Positions 1 through 8,403 of a DNA stretch of 33,091 nt are shown here, piece after piece. The DNA comes from a virus. Taxonomy: Duplodnaviria > Caudoviricetes. The stretch's first letter is position 1. Each line of letters opens with the position of its first letter. The translations under genes were made by a program, and so were the position numbers. The stretch spans positions 1 through 33,091 of the IMG/VR virus record IMGVR_UViG_3300008255_000305. The stretch is one strand, 5' to 3'. Below the pieces are notes generated by a model that was not told the DNA's origin, did no database searches, and saw nothing but the letters and a program-made list of their open reading frames with translations.

Positions 1-2
1 AG

Positions 3-440
3 CCGTCGTTCTCTGATCTTGTCATTCGCTCAGGCGAAGCAGAATATGGCTGCCCGACCTGCAAGCAGACACACCGCATCTACCGCCTTCGATGGCGCGA
101 GGAGTACATCCCCGTGCTGAAGATGCTTACCAGACCCATGACCACATCCGAAATCGGAAGCCACTTCAAAGGGCAGACGGCGCGTAAAGCCCCCTCAGAG
201 CTTGTTCACTTCGGATTGGTGGAAATATGCGGGAAGAGAGGCGGCAACGCCCTGTACCGCCTCACGATCGCAGCACGGCAGTTCCTATCGGGGGATCTAT
301 CCGTACCGGAGTCGGCCTGGCCGCCGAACGCTCCGAGCCAGTGCGAGAACGGACGGCGCAAGTTCCTGTTTGAAATGATCGGCGAAGACCACACCGACAA
401 GCTGGTTCACGTTCAGAACTCCGTTCCGTCACTCCTCTAA
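3..440 (+). CDS. Hypothetical protein with CxxC motif and probable winged-helix region; 5' end outside the window
   Basis: Frame is open from position 3 (PSFSDLV...GCPTCKQTHRIYR) into track ORF 114..440; the ELVHFGLVE...LYRLT segment is wHTH-like. Confidence 0.55.
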   Translation, partial: PSFSDLVIRSGEAEYGCPTCKQTHRIYRLRWREEYIPVLKMLTRPMTTSEIGSHFKGQTARKAPSELVHFGLVEICGKRGGNALYRLTIAARQFLSGDLSVPESAWPPNAPSQCENGRRKFLFEMIGEDHTDKLVHVQNSVPSLL

Positions 441-441
441 G

Positions 442-748
442 ATGGAACGGCAACTTGAGTTCTCGTTTAGAGAAGGAATAGTTTCCGAAAACGTAGCCCC
501 CCAAGTCCGCGAAGCCGTCAACGAGCTGCTAAGCGATCCATCGAAATACGCTTCTCGCAAAAGAGTCTCGCTTGTCTATGAAGGCTCGTTAGACGGACGC
601 CCAAAAATAACCGGCCCGCAAGCCTCTAAGGATTTCTTCGGAAGGTACTGGCTGGATAACCCCGGAAACGACCAAGAGCGGTTCGTGGTTGCGTGTCTCA
701 ATACAAAGAACGTCGTTCAAAGCGTTGTCGAGATAACTGTCGGAACGC
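442..748 (+). pseudogene. radC: RadC/JAB-domain protein, C-terminally truncated
   Basis: QERFVVACLNTKNVVQSVVEITVGT matches the RadC JAB N-half; the expected VHPRE and HNHPSG motifs are absent and the frame runs into the antisense of the next gene. Confidence 0.75.
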
Positions 749-1451
749 CAGCCGCTCGCATTGTGGCCGCGTGCCCCTTCTGCCCGCTGATCGCAGGCGG
801 TAGCGTTTTCAAATATTCACGTGCCCGGTGAACCATCTCGCCGGACTCTTCAATTGCTTCCAACGCGCCGTGAGTGCCAGAGTCCTTTCTGGGCAACCAC
901 TCTGCCCGAAGAGCCTCCATCTTCCTCGGATCAATTTCGTCGTATCCGTCCACGAATCTGTATTCGTGACCTTCGACAAGAGAGCCGGGAGCAACAACGT
1001 ATCCGCCGATTCCCCGAACATCGGGCGTACCAGTGGTGTTGCGGATCTGGTCTTCATTCCTGAAATAGAAATGAACGCCTCTTCGCGTTTCCACGATGGT
1101 CTTTATGAGTTGGCGATGTTGTTTGAAAAACTCCCTTGCTGGCTCTTTTGCGTCGAAGTCCAATACTGCGGCTCGGTCTGTGATAACGCCAAAGTTCATT
1201 CCTTGTGCGAACCAGTAGCGGACATCCTTCTCGATGACTTCGAGAGGCATCCGACGGATGTTGCGAATGTCCGTCTTCAGATCACGGACGTACTGCCGAG
1301 TGATGCCAGTGCGTGACCAATGGACTCGATCACGCCAGCCCCAGAAGGCAGACCAGAGGGTCGTGCAGATTTTCCACGGCAGCCAGACGGCGAGACCGAG
1401 TGCTAGCAGAAGAACGCCAAAAACTGCGAGGAGTCTGAGGAAGTCGATCAT
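717..1451 (-). CDS. Bifunctional DNA primase/polymerase (prim-pol) domain protein with hydrophobic N-terminus, probably C-terminally truncated
   Basis: Motifs NFGVIT, VLDFD, VETRRGVHFYF, DVRGIGGYVVAPGS; the following PPAISGQKGH helical region is cut short near 745. Confidence 0.8.
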   Translation of the reverse strand: MIDFLRLLAVFGVLLLALGLAVWLPWKICTTLWSAFWGWRDRVHWSRTGITRQYVRDLKTDIRNIRRMPLEVIEKDVRYWFAQGMNFGVITDRAAVLDFDAKEPAREFFKQHRQLIKTIVETRRGVHFYFRNEDQIRNTTGTPDVRGIGGYVVAPGSLVEGHEYRFVDGYDEIDPRKMEALRAEWLPRKDSGTHGALEAIEESGEMVHRAREYLKTLPPAISGQKGHAATMRAAGVPTVISTTL

Positions 1452-1493
1452 TACTTTTTCACCATCTACGGATACTCGTATACGATTTCAGAG

Positions 1494-1521
1494 ATCATAT
1501 ACGGTTTCCCGTACACGTCAA
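1494..1521 (-). promoter_or_regulatory. Sigma70-like promoter for the prim-pol gene with an operator-like palindrome in the spacer
   Basis: TTGACG-16 nt-TATGAT on the minus strand; palindrome TACGG-N4-CCGTA at 1500-1513. Confidence 0.55.
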
Positions 1522-1532
1522 GTTAAAAAAAC

Positions 1533-2075
1533 TTACGAGAGCCGTAAGTCTTCGGGAAATCGGGTTTTTGCCCCGTGAACGGTCTTCGGGCGGTGGTGCT
1601 CAAATTGGAAAGCACCGTCCTTCGCGTTCCCCGTCACAGCACAGCGTAGTGAAGCTGGCTCGCCACAATTCGGGCATTCGATACGGGCATCGGCAGCGCT
1701 AAGTAGGCGGTTGATTTTCGATACGACCTCGCGTTTGGCTTCCAGCGTGTCGTACTCTTTGCCTGAAAGCTCCTGCAAAAGTTGCTGTGTCTTCGTTCGC
1801 AGCGAGGTCTGGATTAATTCCAGATTCGCTATCAGCACATCAATGCGTTCTGCGGAAGGTGAATCGCGTTCTGCCCGTGGTTTACGCTTTTCTTCTATAG
1901 ACGGTAACTGTACAAACTCGCCGCTGTACATGTCCAGCGTTAAGTAACGGTCGTCACCTCTTGACAGTTCCTGCATCCGCTCAATCATTCTGGCGTGCAG
2001 TACGTCGGAAATGTCATCGCTGCTGAGTCTCTTCGACCCGGAAAAAGTCGGCTTCTTGTCGCTTTTCTTCGCCAT
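1533..2075 (-). CDS. Hypothetical protein with C-terminal zinc-finger-like motif
   Basis: SD GAAGGAG before ATG 2075 (MAKKSD); CPNC..C...H motif. Confidence 0.6.
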   Translation of the reverse strand: MAKKSDKKPTFSGSKRLSSDDISDVLHARMIERMQELSRGDDRYLTLDMYSGEFVQLPSIEEKRKPRAERDSPSAERIDVLIANLELIQTSLRTKTQQLLQELSGKEYDTLEAKREVVSKINRLLSAADARIECPNCGEPASLRCAVTGNAKDGAFQFEHHRPKTVHGAKTRFPEDLRLS

Positions 2076-2127
2076 GAGGTTCTCCTTCGCCCATTGTACA
2101 GGCACTCGCATCTTCACGGAACTGTTG

Positions 2128-2152
2128 AAAAACCCCAGTCCGAAGACTGGGG
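2128..2152 (-). terminator. Intrinsic terminator
   Basis: CCCCAGTC-TTCG-GACTGGGG hairpin followed by TTTTT just after the stop of 2160..2453. Confidence 0.85.
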
Positions 2153-2159
2153 CACGGGC

Positions 2160-2453
2160 TCAACGATTCCGTTCTTCCAAGATCAGATCGTACGCCTTCT
2201 GCAAGGCATGCGCGGCTGTGAGGAGATCGTTGGGGCGAAAACCCTTGGCGGACTTCCAGTCGCCGTTCTCGTTGTACCGCCGTTCGACGGTCACAGCGTA
2301 CGAAACGAACGATTGGTCGTCTCTCTTCACATCGTTCGCCCAGATGCAGGCAACGATCTGAGCACCTTGACCAGCGGGAAAGGTCAATTTCTCCCACGGA
2401 CCGTTTGCTTGACCGTTGTCTTCGGGTTCAGCTTTACGTTGTCGTCGATTCAT
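2160..2453 (-). CDS. Small SSB-like / PC4-like DNA-binding protein
   Basis: ACIWAN...VTVERRYNENGDWKSAKGFRPNDL pattern; SD AAAGGAAG. Confidence 0.55.
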   Translation of the reverse strand: MNRRQRKAEPEDNGQANGPWEKLTFPAGQGAQIVACIWANDVKRDDQSFVSYAVTVERRYNENGDWKSAKGFRPNDLLTAAHALQKAYDLILEERNR

Positions 2454-2465
2454 CGCATCTTCCTT

Positions 2466-3182
2466 TCAGATAGCGAGAAGTTGCTGCAAGCGGATGGTCT
2501 CGTACGCCGCCTTGTTGGGCTGCGAACGAAATCGTGGCTTGAGCACTTCGGTGAAACAGTTGAGTAACGAGTACGCAGTTCGCGTCTCGAACTCGGGATG
2601 GGACGGTTCACGCCACTCGGCGATCACCTTCGGAATCTGACGCCAGCCGATGATCCCCTTTTCACCCGAACGCAGAATGATTGAGTCTGCTTCATGGTTT
2701 TGCAGAATCCGCCGTTGGAGCTTCTCGATGCGAGCAGCCTCCACAGTGCGAAATTGATGCAGGGACGATACAGCTTTGGCGATGCCTTCACGAAACCTCT
2801 CCTCTCCGAAACGGGTGTGCTTCTTGGAAATGACGATCTCAGATGAGAACGCCAAGTTCGAGCAAACCATCACGCGACTCCCGACACAAAAACCGATCGG
2901 GAACTTGCGGTCATTGGAATTGCGCACACCGACGGCGATGCTTATGCCGTCACCGATTGCCGCTTCGATGTCCAGAACACCGAAGAACCGTTTGTCTTCA
3001 TGAGACACGGCGAGTGAGGACGTCCGACTTCGGAATCCCGCACTCTCCAACGTTCCTTCAACTGCTTCAAGCACATCGTAATGACGAATCGGTTTCCACG
3101 TTTCCGTGGACTCAGGAGCTTCCATGAGCACCAGATCGTTTCTGGCTACCTCAAGTGCTCCGCCATAGACTCGGCTCGACAT
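2466..3182 (-). CDS. DUF932-family protein of mobile elements
   Basis: SD AAGGAG before ATG 3182; TWKPIRH, GVRNSND, RVMVCSNLAF, KHT and YSLLNCFTE motifs. Confidence 0.8.
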   Translation of the reverse strand: MSSRVYGGALEVARNDLVLMEAPESTETWKPIRHYDVLEAVEGTLESAGFRSRTSSLAVSHEDKRFFGVLDIEAAIGDGISIAVGVRNSNDRKFPIGFCVGSRVMVCSNLAFSSEIVISKKHTRFGEERFREGIAKAVSSLHQFRTVEAARIEKLQRRILQNHEADSIILRSGEKGIIGWRQIPKVIAEWREPSHPEFETRTAYSLLNCFTEVLKPRFRSQPNKAAYETIRLQQLLAI

Positions 3183-3270
3183 CTCGTATCTCCTTTCATG
3201 GAAAGAACAGTGGTTAGAAAGAGCCGAGAGGAGATTGCACGAAAACAGCAGGCGGCGCAAATCGTATGGA

Positions 3271-3373
3271 GCGACGGGAAGCGAGGGCTTCTGCAAAGAA
3301 ACCCCTCCGTAACGCAGAAGCCGTGGGATGAGCTTCACTGTCGCCGTAGAGGGGATACTGCTCTCTTTCGAGC
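3271..3373 (-). other. Structured 5' leader candidate of the DUF932 operon
   Basis: Nested inverted repeats: 3286-3294/3314-3322 (9 bp), 3271-3282/3332-3344 (interrupted), 3302-3307/3349-3354, and a hairpin at 3360-3373. Confidence 0.45.
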
Positions 3374-3509
3374 ACTACTACTATCGCAACGCTTCTCAGT
3401 CAGATCGGTGGGGGGACCTTGTGCCGAACCCTGCCGAAGCAGATCGAGAAGGACACAAGTTACCGTTTCGTTGGAATTGAGCAGCGGGTGTCTTGCACCC
3501 AAAGCAGCA

Positions 3510-4262
3510 TCATGATGATGCCAGAGCTGTTTTGATTCCCTTAGCGTCTCTCCAGATCGGCTCAAGCACAGGATTGTCGGACGCCTGCAAGTCATTGAGG
3601 GTCGTATAGAGATACAAATTCAGGTTCGGGTGGTCTTGCAACACTTCCCGTGCATGCGCACGAACAGTGCTCATGTCGCGTTTCTGGTCTATGACCATGA
3701 GAACGCGGAAAGGGAACGTGTTGCGTTCATACCACCGAACGTATCCCTTGTGCTTTCGTCGCCAGTTTGTGCCTGCCAAATCAGAAAGCTGCACTTCGCC
3801 GTAAAAGAGATACTTCCCTATGCGGAATTTGAAGTCGAAGCGGAAACCTGCCTTCTCGCCCGGTGACTGATTGAACCGTATCGCAGCGGGCTCTGCCCCA
3901 AGTTTCTTGAATCCGTCGCAAATCTTCAGGAAGCACTCGAACGTCATGTAGTCGTGGTGCGTCTGGTCGCGTCCCGTCTTATCATACCGCTTCGGTTGTT
4001 TCGTGCGGTTCACGTAATCGTAGACCGTGCGATTTGCGAGCTTTTCACCCATGATCGAACAATAGCGTTTGATCTGGTCAATGCTCATTCTCCACGTCAC
4101 ACCGTTCTGCACGAGCTGCTTGCGTCTTCGTAAACGCTCAATTGGAAGCCCATGAAAGGAAGGATTTTGCTTTGTTTGCCCCGAAGCTCGCTTGAATCTG
4201 TCTTCTGCCGTAAACGGACTTGGTATGTTCCCCTGCGTGTGTTGTTGCTCGTCTTTCTGCAT
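3510..4262 (-). CDS. Replication-relaxation-like (PD-(D/E)xK) protein; start uncertain
   Basis: wHTH-like N-part, HHDY, FRFDF....YGEVQLS nuclease-like motif, K..Y and PFRVLMV, ending in PIW. Confidence 0.6.
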   Translation of the reverse strand: MQKDEQQHTQGNIPSPFTAEDRFKRASGQTKQNPSFHGLPIERLRRRKQLVQNGVTWRMSIDQIKRYCSIMGEKLANRTVYDYVNRTKQPKRYDKTGRDQTHHDYMTFECFLKICDGFKKLGAEPAAIRFNQSPGEKAGFRFDFKFRIGKYLFYGEVQLSDLAGTNWRRKHKGYVRWYERNTFPFRVLMVIDQKRDMSTVRAHAREVLQDHPNLNLYLYTTLNDLQASDNPVLEPIWRDAKGIKTALASS

Positions 4263-4293
4263 GTGCGCTACGTTATGTGCGTGACAGTCTACC

Positions 4294-4692
4294 ATGCCCC
4301 GCCTTTCTGACGCTGAATTCAAACGGCTCCACAAAAAACACATCAACTCACGTGAGTGGAAGGCGTTCCGAACACGGTTCCTCATATCGAAAGGGCTACC
4401 ACTCTGGTATCACGTCGATCATAAGCGGTACTGGAAAGACGGCACGCTCATCTTCGGGCACGAGACTTTCGACGATGTACGCGGCTTGCCACCCAATAGG
4501 CACAGAAAGGGCGTTCACTCGGACTGGTCTATCGAACAGGATGCGAAATCAGAATGGTGGCTTCGCCTACTCGTGAGAGCGACAAATTTGATTTGGCTTC
4601 TTGTGGTAGCGACAGCGCGAGGAGTGTGGCGACTGCTAAGAGCCACAGTAAGCGGTGCTCTGGCTTTCGCACGGTTTATTCGGAAGCCTTGA
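4294..4692 (+). CDS. HNH-like protein with hydrophobic C-terminal segment
   Basis: INSREWKAFR...HVDHKRY...GHE..DD...L....H...VH; C-terminal WWLRLLV...LIWLLVVA. Confidence 0.5.
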   Translation: MPRLSDAEFKRLHKKHINSREWKAFRTRFLISKGLPLWYHVDHKRYWKDGTLIFGHETFDDVRGLPPNRHRKGVHSDWSIEQDAKSEWWLRLLVRATNLIWLLVVATARGVWRLLRATVSGALAFARFIRKP

Positions 4693-4927
4693 TGAGCTTG
4701 TGGCCGAGGCCGAATTGGGCCAGACCATTCGCAGCCGCCAACACGCCCATGAGGGCCAATGGCAGATTGTCGAAGCAGGCATCCAGCGGTTGAACGCCGT
4801 TGAGGCAATCATTCGCAAGACTCAGAAATTCGACAGCAGCAACAAGAAGACCGACGATTACCTGAATCAGCGAACCAAGGGCGGTCTTGTAACCATTCAG
4901 CTTTGGAAGGAGGTTGTAGATGTTCAT
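4676..4927 (-). CDS. Putative holin
   Basis: 83 aa, LNGYKT N-terminus, two hydrophobic helices, directly after the endolysin. Confidence 0.65.
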   Translation of the reverse strand: MNIYNLLPKLNGYKTALGSLIQVIVGLLVAAVEFLSLANDCLNGVQPLDACFDNLPLALMGVLAAANGLAQFGLGHKLIKASE

Positions 4928-4951
4928 CGTAGCCAGGGGAAAATGACGAAA

Positions 4952-5530
4952 TCATTGTACCTGTTCTAACTGCCGTTCCATCATTCTTACGAATCTTCGC
5001 AACTTCGATTTTCGGCGGAATGTCACCGCCCCACTTTCCAGCGCCTCCTGAGCCTTGCGTAAACGTGCCTGTAAGTCGTCTACCCTATCATCGCGGGCTT
5101 TGGTCGCGTCGGGTCTCTTCCCAGCCTTCAGAGCGGCAATATCGAGGTCGGGCGAATACTCCAGATGCCCGATATCCCAGTTCCACTTCTGATATGGCCA
5201 CTCAAAGCCGATTTCTACAGCGATGCGAGCGATCTGCTCGAACTGTTTCTTGCTGTTCCACTTCAAGAAGCCGAGCAGAACGGGAACGAAGTCAATAGCC
5301 ACGCCGTAATTGTGCTTTGAATCGCCGCCTTTCACGTACGTGACGATCGGTCCCGGATACTCGCGGCCCTGTTTCCATTTCTCATTCTGATCGTCGTTCG
5401 TTCGTGACCCAGACACAATCAGAAAATTCAGACCAACAAGTTCGCAACGGTCGATGAGTTGGAACACCTTGTGCCTAGCAGCGGGATGTAGATTGTCAGC
5501 TTCCCGGCGATTGCGGGATTCGTAGATCAT
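4952..5530 (-). CDS. Endolysin, M15 family (L-Ala-D-Glu peptidase-like)
   Basis: SGSRT...Q, SKHNYGVAIDF and WDIGHLE zinc motifs; start ATG 5530 overlaps the upstream TGA (ATGA). Confidence 0.88.
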   Translation of the reverse strand: MIYESRNRREADNLHPAARHKVFQLIDRCELVGLNFLIVSGSRTNDDQNEKWKQGREYPGPIVTYVKGGDSKHNYGVAIDFVPVLLGFLKWNSKKQFEQIARIAVEIGFEWPYQKWNWDIGHLEYSPDLDIAALKAGKRPDATKARDDRVDDLQARLRKAQEALESGAVTFRRKSKLRRFVRMMERQLEQVQ

Positions 5531-5712
5531 CCGCCGCAGTTGGAAGGCTGAAGTATGGCCAGCAATTTGTCGCGTTGCCCATCTGTAATTTCTTTGTAGT
5601 AGGCGAGCTTTAGCACTTCCTGCCGCTTGTGAAATATCTCGCCCATGTTGCACCGACTGGCGACATCTCTTGCGTCCCGTTCGAGTGCCTCTACTGTCTC
5701 TGCGGTTTTCAT
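5527..5712 (-). CDS. Small hypothetical protein (61 aa) in the lysis cassette
   Basis: ATGA overlaps at both ends (MKTAETVEAL...SNCGG). Confidence 0.6.
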   Translation of the reverse strand: MKTAETVEALERDARDVASRCNMGEIFHKRQEVLKLAYYKEITDGQRDKLLAILQPSNCGG

Positions 5713-5945
5713 CGCAGTCCGAGGTGGGAAATGAGCCATGCTACGGCTACCGCCGTCCCTACACCAATAATCAGCGTCAGTGCATAGCCGATCATGCGCA
5801 GCTGCGTGTCGCGTCGGATCTTGTCATCCTCCAGCGTAGAAACCCGCCCATTCGTTTTTTTGACCTGCGCTTTGACTTCGTCCACCGACTCACGGATGTA
5901 CTTGATGTCTGCTCTCATGCCGGCGTACGATTCAGTGTCTGCCAT
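5709..5945 (-). CDS. Coiled-coil plus single-TM protein (XhlA/holin-like)
   Basis: DIKYIRESVDEVK..VKKTNGRVSTLE followed by a C-terminal hydrophobic helix; start could also be about 10 codons upstream. Confidence 0.6.
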   Translation of the reverse strand: MADTESYAGMRADIKYIRESVDEVKAQVKKTNGRVSTLEDDKIRRDTQLRMIGYALTLIIGVGTAVAVAWLISHLGLR

Positions 5946-5967
5946 AGCCGATTTAATTTTATCACAG

Positions 5968-7074
5968 CTATCCATTGACGAACGAATCGAGCTCAACGCC
6001 GAAGTTGGCCGGATGTCCTTCCAGCTCCAATCTCGTCGTGTCCCCCTGATAGTTCAGACCTACTATCAGCATGTTCGAGTCGAAGAAGGTAGAGTCCTTG
6101 TTGTAGTTTTGTATCTTGCACGTTTCCCCAACCTTGATGCTTTCCAGATCATAGTTGTCATTGATCGTAAGCACCGCCTTCACCTTTGCATCCTTGTTGT
6201 CAGCGATTTCTTTACTGGCGCGTTGTGTACCCGCTGCGGAGCTCGTCAGGTTCGAGTCCGTGATGATCTTCGATCGCTTGCCTGTTGGTGAGCTTCCGGA
6301 GCCGTAGGTCTGTTGGCTCGTGGCATCACTGTCATCCACGTTTCCGGCACTCCATCGCACCTGCACGTCATTGACCACCTTCTCGCTATCCTTGGGTGCT
6401 TGGATCATCACGATGTCTTTGCCTATCGTGAATTTGTGCGTGACGCTGGAAGGCTTATCTTTCAGCCAGTACTTTCCGTTCTCGTCGATCTTCCACCACC
6501 AGCCGGTCCCTGAAACTTCCCCGACACGACGCAGAGAGTCAAACCACTTCTGGTCTACGAAGTCCATATTCACGGTTGTGCCAACGGGATCAGTAGAATC
6601 GCCATCGTATGTGAGCAGGCTTCCCCCATAGATTGTGTTGAAGTGGTCGATGATTGCACGTCCAATTGTTTCCGGATCTTGTGTCGTGTGATTCACCGTA
6701 TAGCTTGTGCCGTTCTTGTAGTACGAGAATGTAAGCATGCTTCCCAGACCGAGAAGCGACACTCGCACACCTTCCTCGCCTCTCCCCTCGATGTACGGTT
6801 CATACTGCGAAACGAATCCTCGGTAAATTCGAGTTCCACGTGGGCTGTCGGAGTCCACTGCATAGATGTCCACGATGTTCATAAAGTTCACCGCGTTCCC
6901 CTCGCCGAAGTCGTCGAAGGGCAGATCGAGATCAAGAACGCATTCTCCGAATCCTCCGTTGATCTTCGAGGTGAATTGCGGCGTGTTCTTCACCGTCTGT
7001 GCAGACCAGTTGGTGATCGCGGTGCTGCCGTCTTGGTCGAAGACCTTGATGTTGTAGCTTTTGTTCTCTGCCAT
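5968..7074 (-). CDS. Tail hub / Tal-like minor tail protein
   Basis: RIYRGFV, WWWKIDENG, DSEKVVNDV, SQQTYG...K.ITD pattern typical of siphophage hub proteins. Confidence 0.7.
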   Translation of the reverse strand: MAENKSYNIKVFDQDGSTAITNWSAQTVKNTPQFTSKINGGFGECVLDLDLPFDDFGEGNAVNFMNIVDIYAVDSDSPRGTRIYRGFVSQYEPYIEGRGEEGVRVSLLGLGSMLTFSYYKNGTSYTVNHTTQDPETIGRAIIDHFNTIYGGSLLTYDGDSTDPVGTTVNMDFVDQKWFDSLRRVGEVSGTGWWWKIDENGKYWLKDKPSSVTHKFTIGKDIVMIQAPKDSEKVVNDVQVRWSAGNVDDSDATSQQTYGSGSSPTGKRSKIITDSNLTSSAAGTQRASKEIADNKDAKVKAVLTINDNYDLESIKVGETCKIQNYNKDSTFFDSNMLIVGLNYQGDTTRLELEGHPANFGVELDSFVNG

Positions 7075-7077
7075 AGG

Positions 7078-8403
7078 TTAGAAGAGACGGCGACGCATGC
7101 CTGAAAGAATCAGTCCTCCTTTCGATTCTGACTCAGTAGCAGAAATGTACGGGTCTTGCGAAGTACCTGTTGCTTCCGAAGTGCTTACCTGAATAGAGTT
7201 GTTCTGCGTAGGCTCCACGTCATTGATGTCATGCCCAATGAGAAGCCCTACCTTTACGATACCTGACGATATCCAGCCAATCCCTGTTCCCGTGAAAGAC
7301 AACGTATTGTGCGCACTCGTTGTCACAGCCCCGAGATCCAGTTGGCTTGAGCCTTCTGTGTACGAGACATTATCGATGTCGGCTGTCACGAGGCTGGAAG
7401 TAGATGCTTGGGACGTCTGCACCATCGCGGCGTAACTGTTCGCTGCTCCTTCGTCTGCCTTTGTCAAGGCATAGACGCTGAGGAACGCGGAAGAGACAGT
7501 CCCGACACCGGTCATATCTGTCGGGAGGTAGAGATGGTCAACGTAGAAGTTCGCCGGACCTTTCGCCGCCACGAATGCGTTATTGCTTGTGTAATCCGCA
7601 ACAGCGCCGTCGGTGTCTGTTCGAGCTGATACCCACCCTGCCAGCGAATCCGACTCCACGTACCCATCACCTGCGCCCGCGTAGTATATCGTCGCGTCTG
7701 TTTCCCAATCCACCCCGTCTTCAAAGAATTCCACGGGAAGCAATTTGATCCAAGCATCGCCAGTTAACTGTTGCTTTACGAGAGCGGTCTTGCTGCCGTC
7801 TTTGCGCCAGACTTTTGCCTGTCGAACAAAGAACTCACCGACACGGAAGTCTTTCGTAAATGTATTGCGAGCAGGAAGCCCGGACATCGGAATAGAAAGG
7901 ACGTAGTGCTTCCCGTCCGGTGTCGTCGGCAGGTTTGGATGCCCCGTGCCAGTGATCCATTTCTCAAACTTCCCTGCCTTTGTCCAGAGCTTCGCCGTCA
8001 GTCCGTTACCAATATCTGCAACCGCGAAGTCGTCCTGCACGACAAAGTCCGATCCGAAGTCCAACGTGAATGAATCGTCCTTCAGCCTGTAGGTGAGGAG
8101 GCCACCACGCTCGATCGTGATTTGATGACGAGTAGCCGTCGGCCGCAGTACGCCGCCTTTTTGAATCCATCGGGTGTCGATCATTTTGTGCTGCCCATCC
8201 AGATCGTCTTTGAAGTAGATGTGGTTGCCCGCCACCTTGCAGATGTATCCATACGTTCCGTCCGGTCTCACGAAACCAAAGTTCGCAAGTCCACCGAACT
8301 GTTCTGTTGGCGTCAAGGACGCGATCTGTGCAGTCTTGTCCAGGAGTGTCGCACCATCCGGCACGTTGTACTGTTGCCGGAGTTGTTCTTCTACGGAGAT
8401 CAT
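7078..8403 (-). CDS. Putative tail fibre/adhesin with C-terminal DNRLRE/CBM-like beta domain
   Basis: Position in the tail module; DGYV...W..AR, VSSAFLSVY and TSEATGTSQDPYI motifs; ATGA-coupled to the upstream gene. Confidence 0.55.
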   Translation of the reverse strand: MISVEEQLRQQYNVPDGATLLDKTAQIASLTPTEQFGGLANFGFVRPDGTYGYICKVAGNHIYFKDDLDGQHKMIDTRWIQKGGVLRPTATRHQITIERGGLLTYRLKDDSFTLDFGSDFVVQDDFAVADIGNGLTAKLWTKAGKFEKWITGTGHPNLPTTPDGKHYVLSIPMSGLPARNTFTKDFRVGEFFVRQAKVWRKDGSKTALVKQQLTGDAWIKLLPVEFFEDGVDWETDATIYYAGAGDGYVESDSLAGWVSARTDTDGAVADYTSNNAFVAAKGPANFYVDHLYLPTDMTGVGTVSSAFLSVYALTKADEGAANSYAAMVQTSQASTSSLVTADIDNVSYTEGSSQLDLGAVTTSAHNTLSFTGTGIGWISSGIVKVGLLIGHDINDVEPTQNNSIQVSTSEATGTSQDPYISATESESKGGLILSGMRRRLF

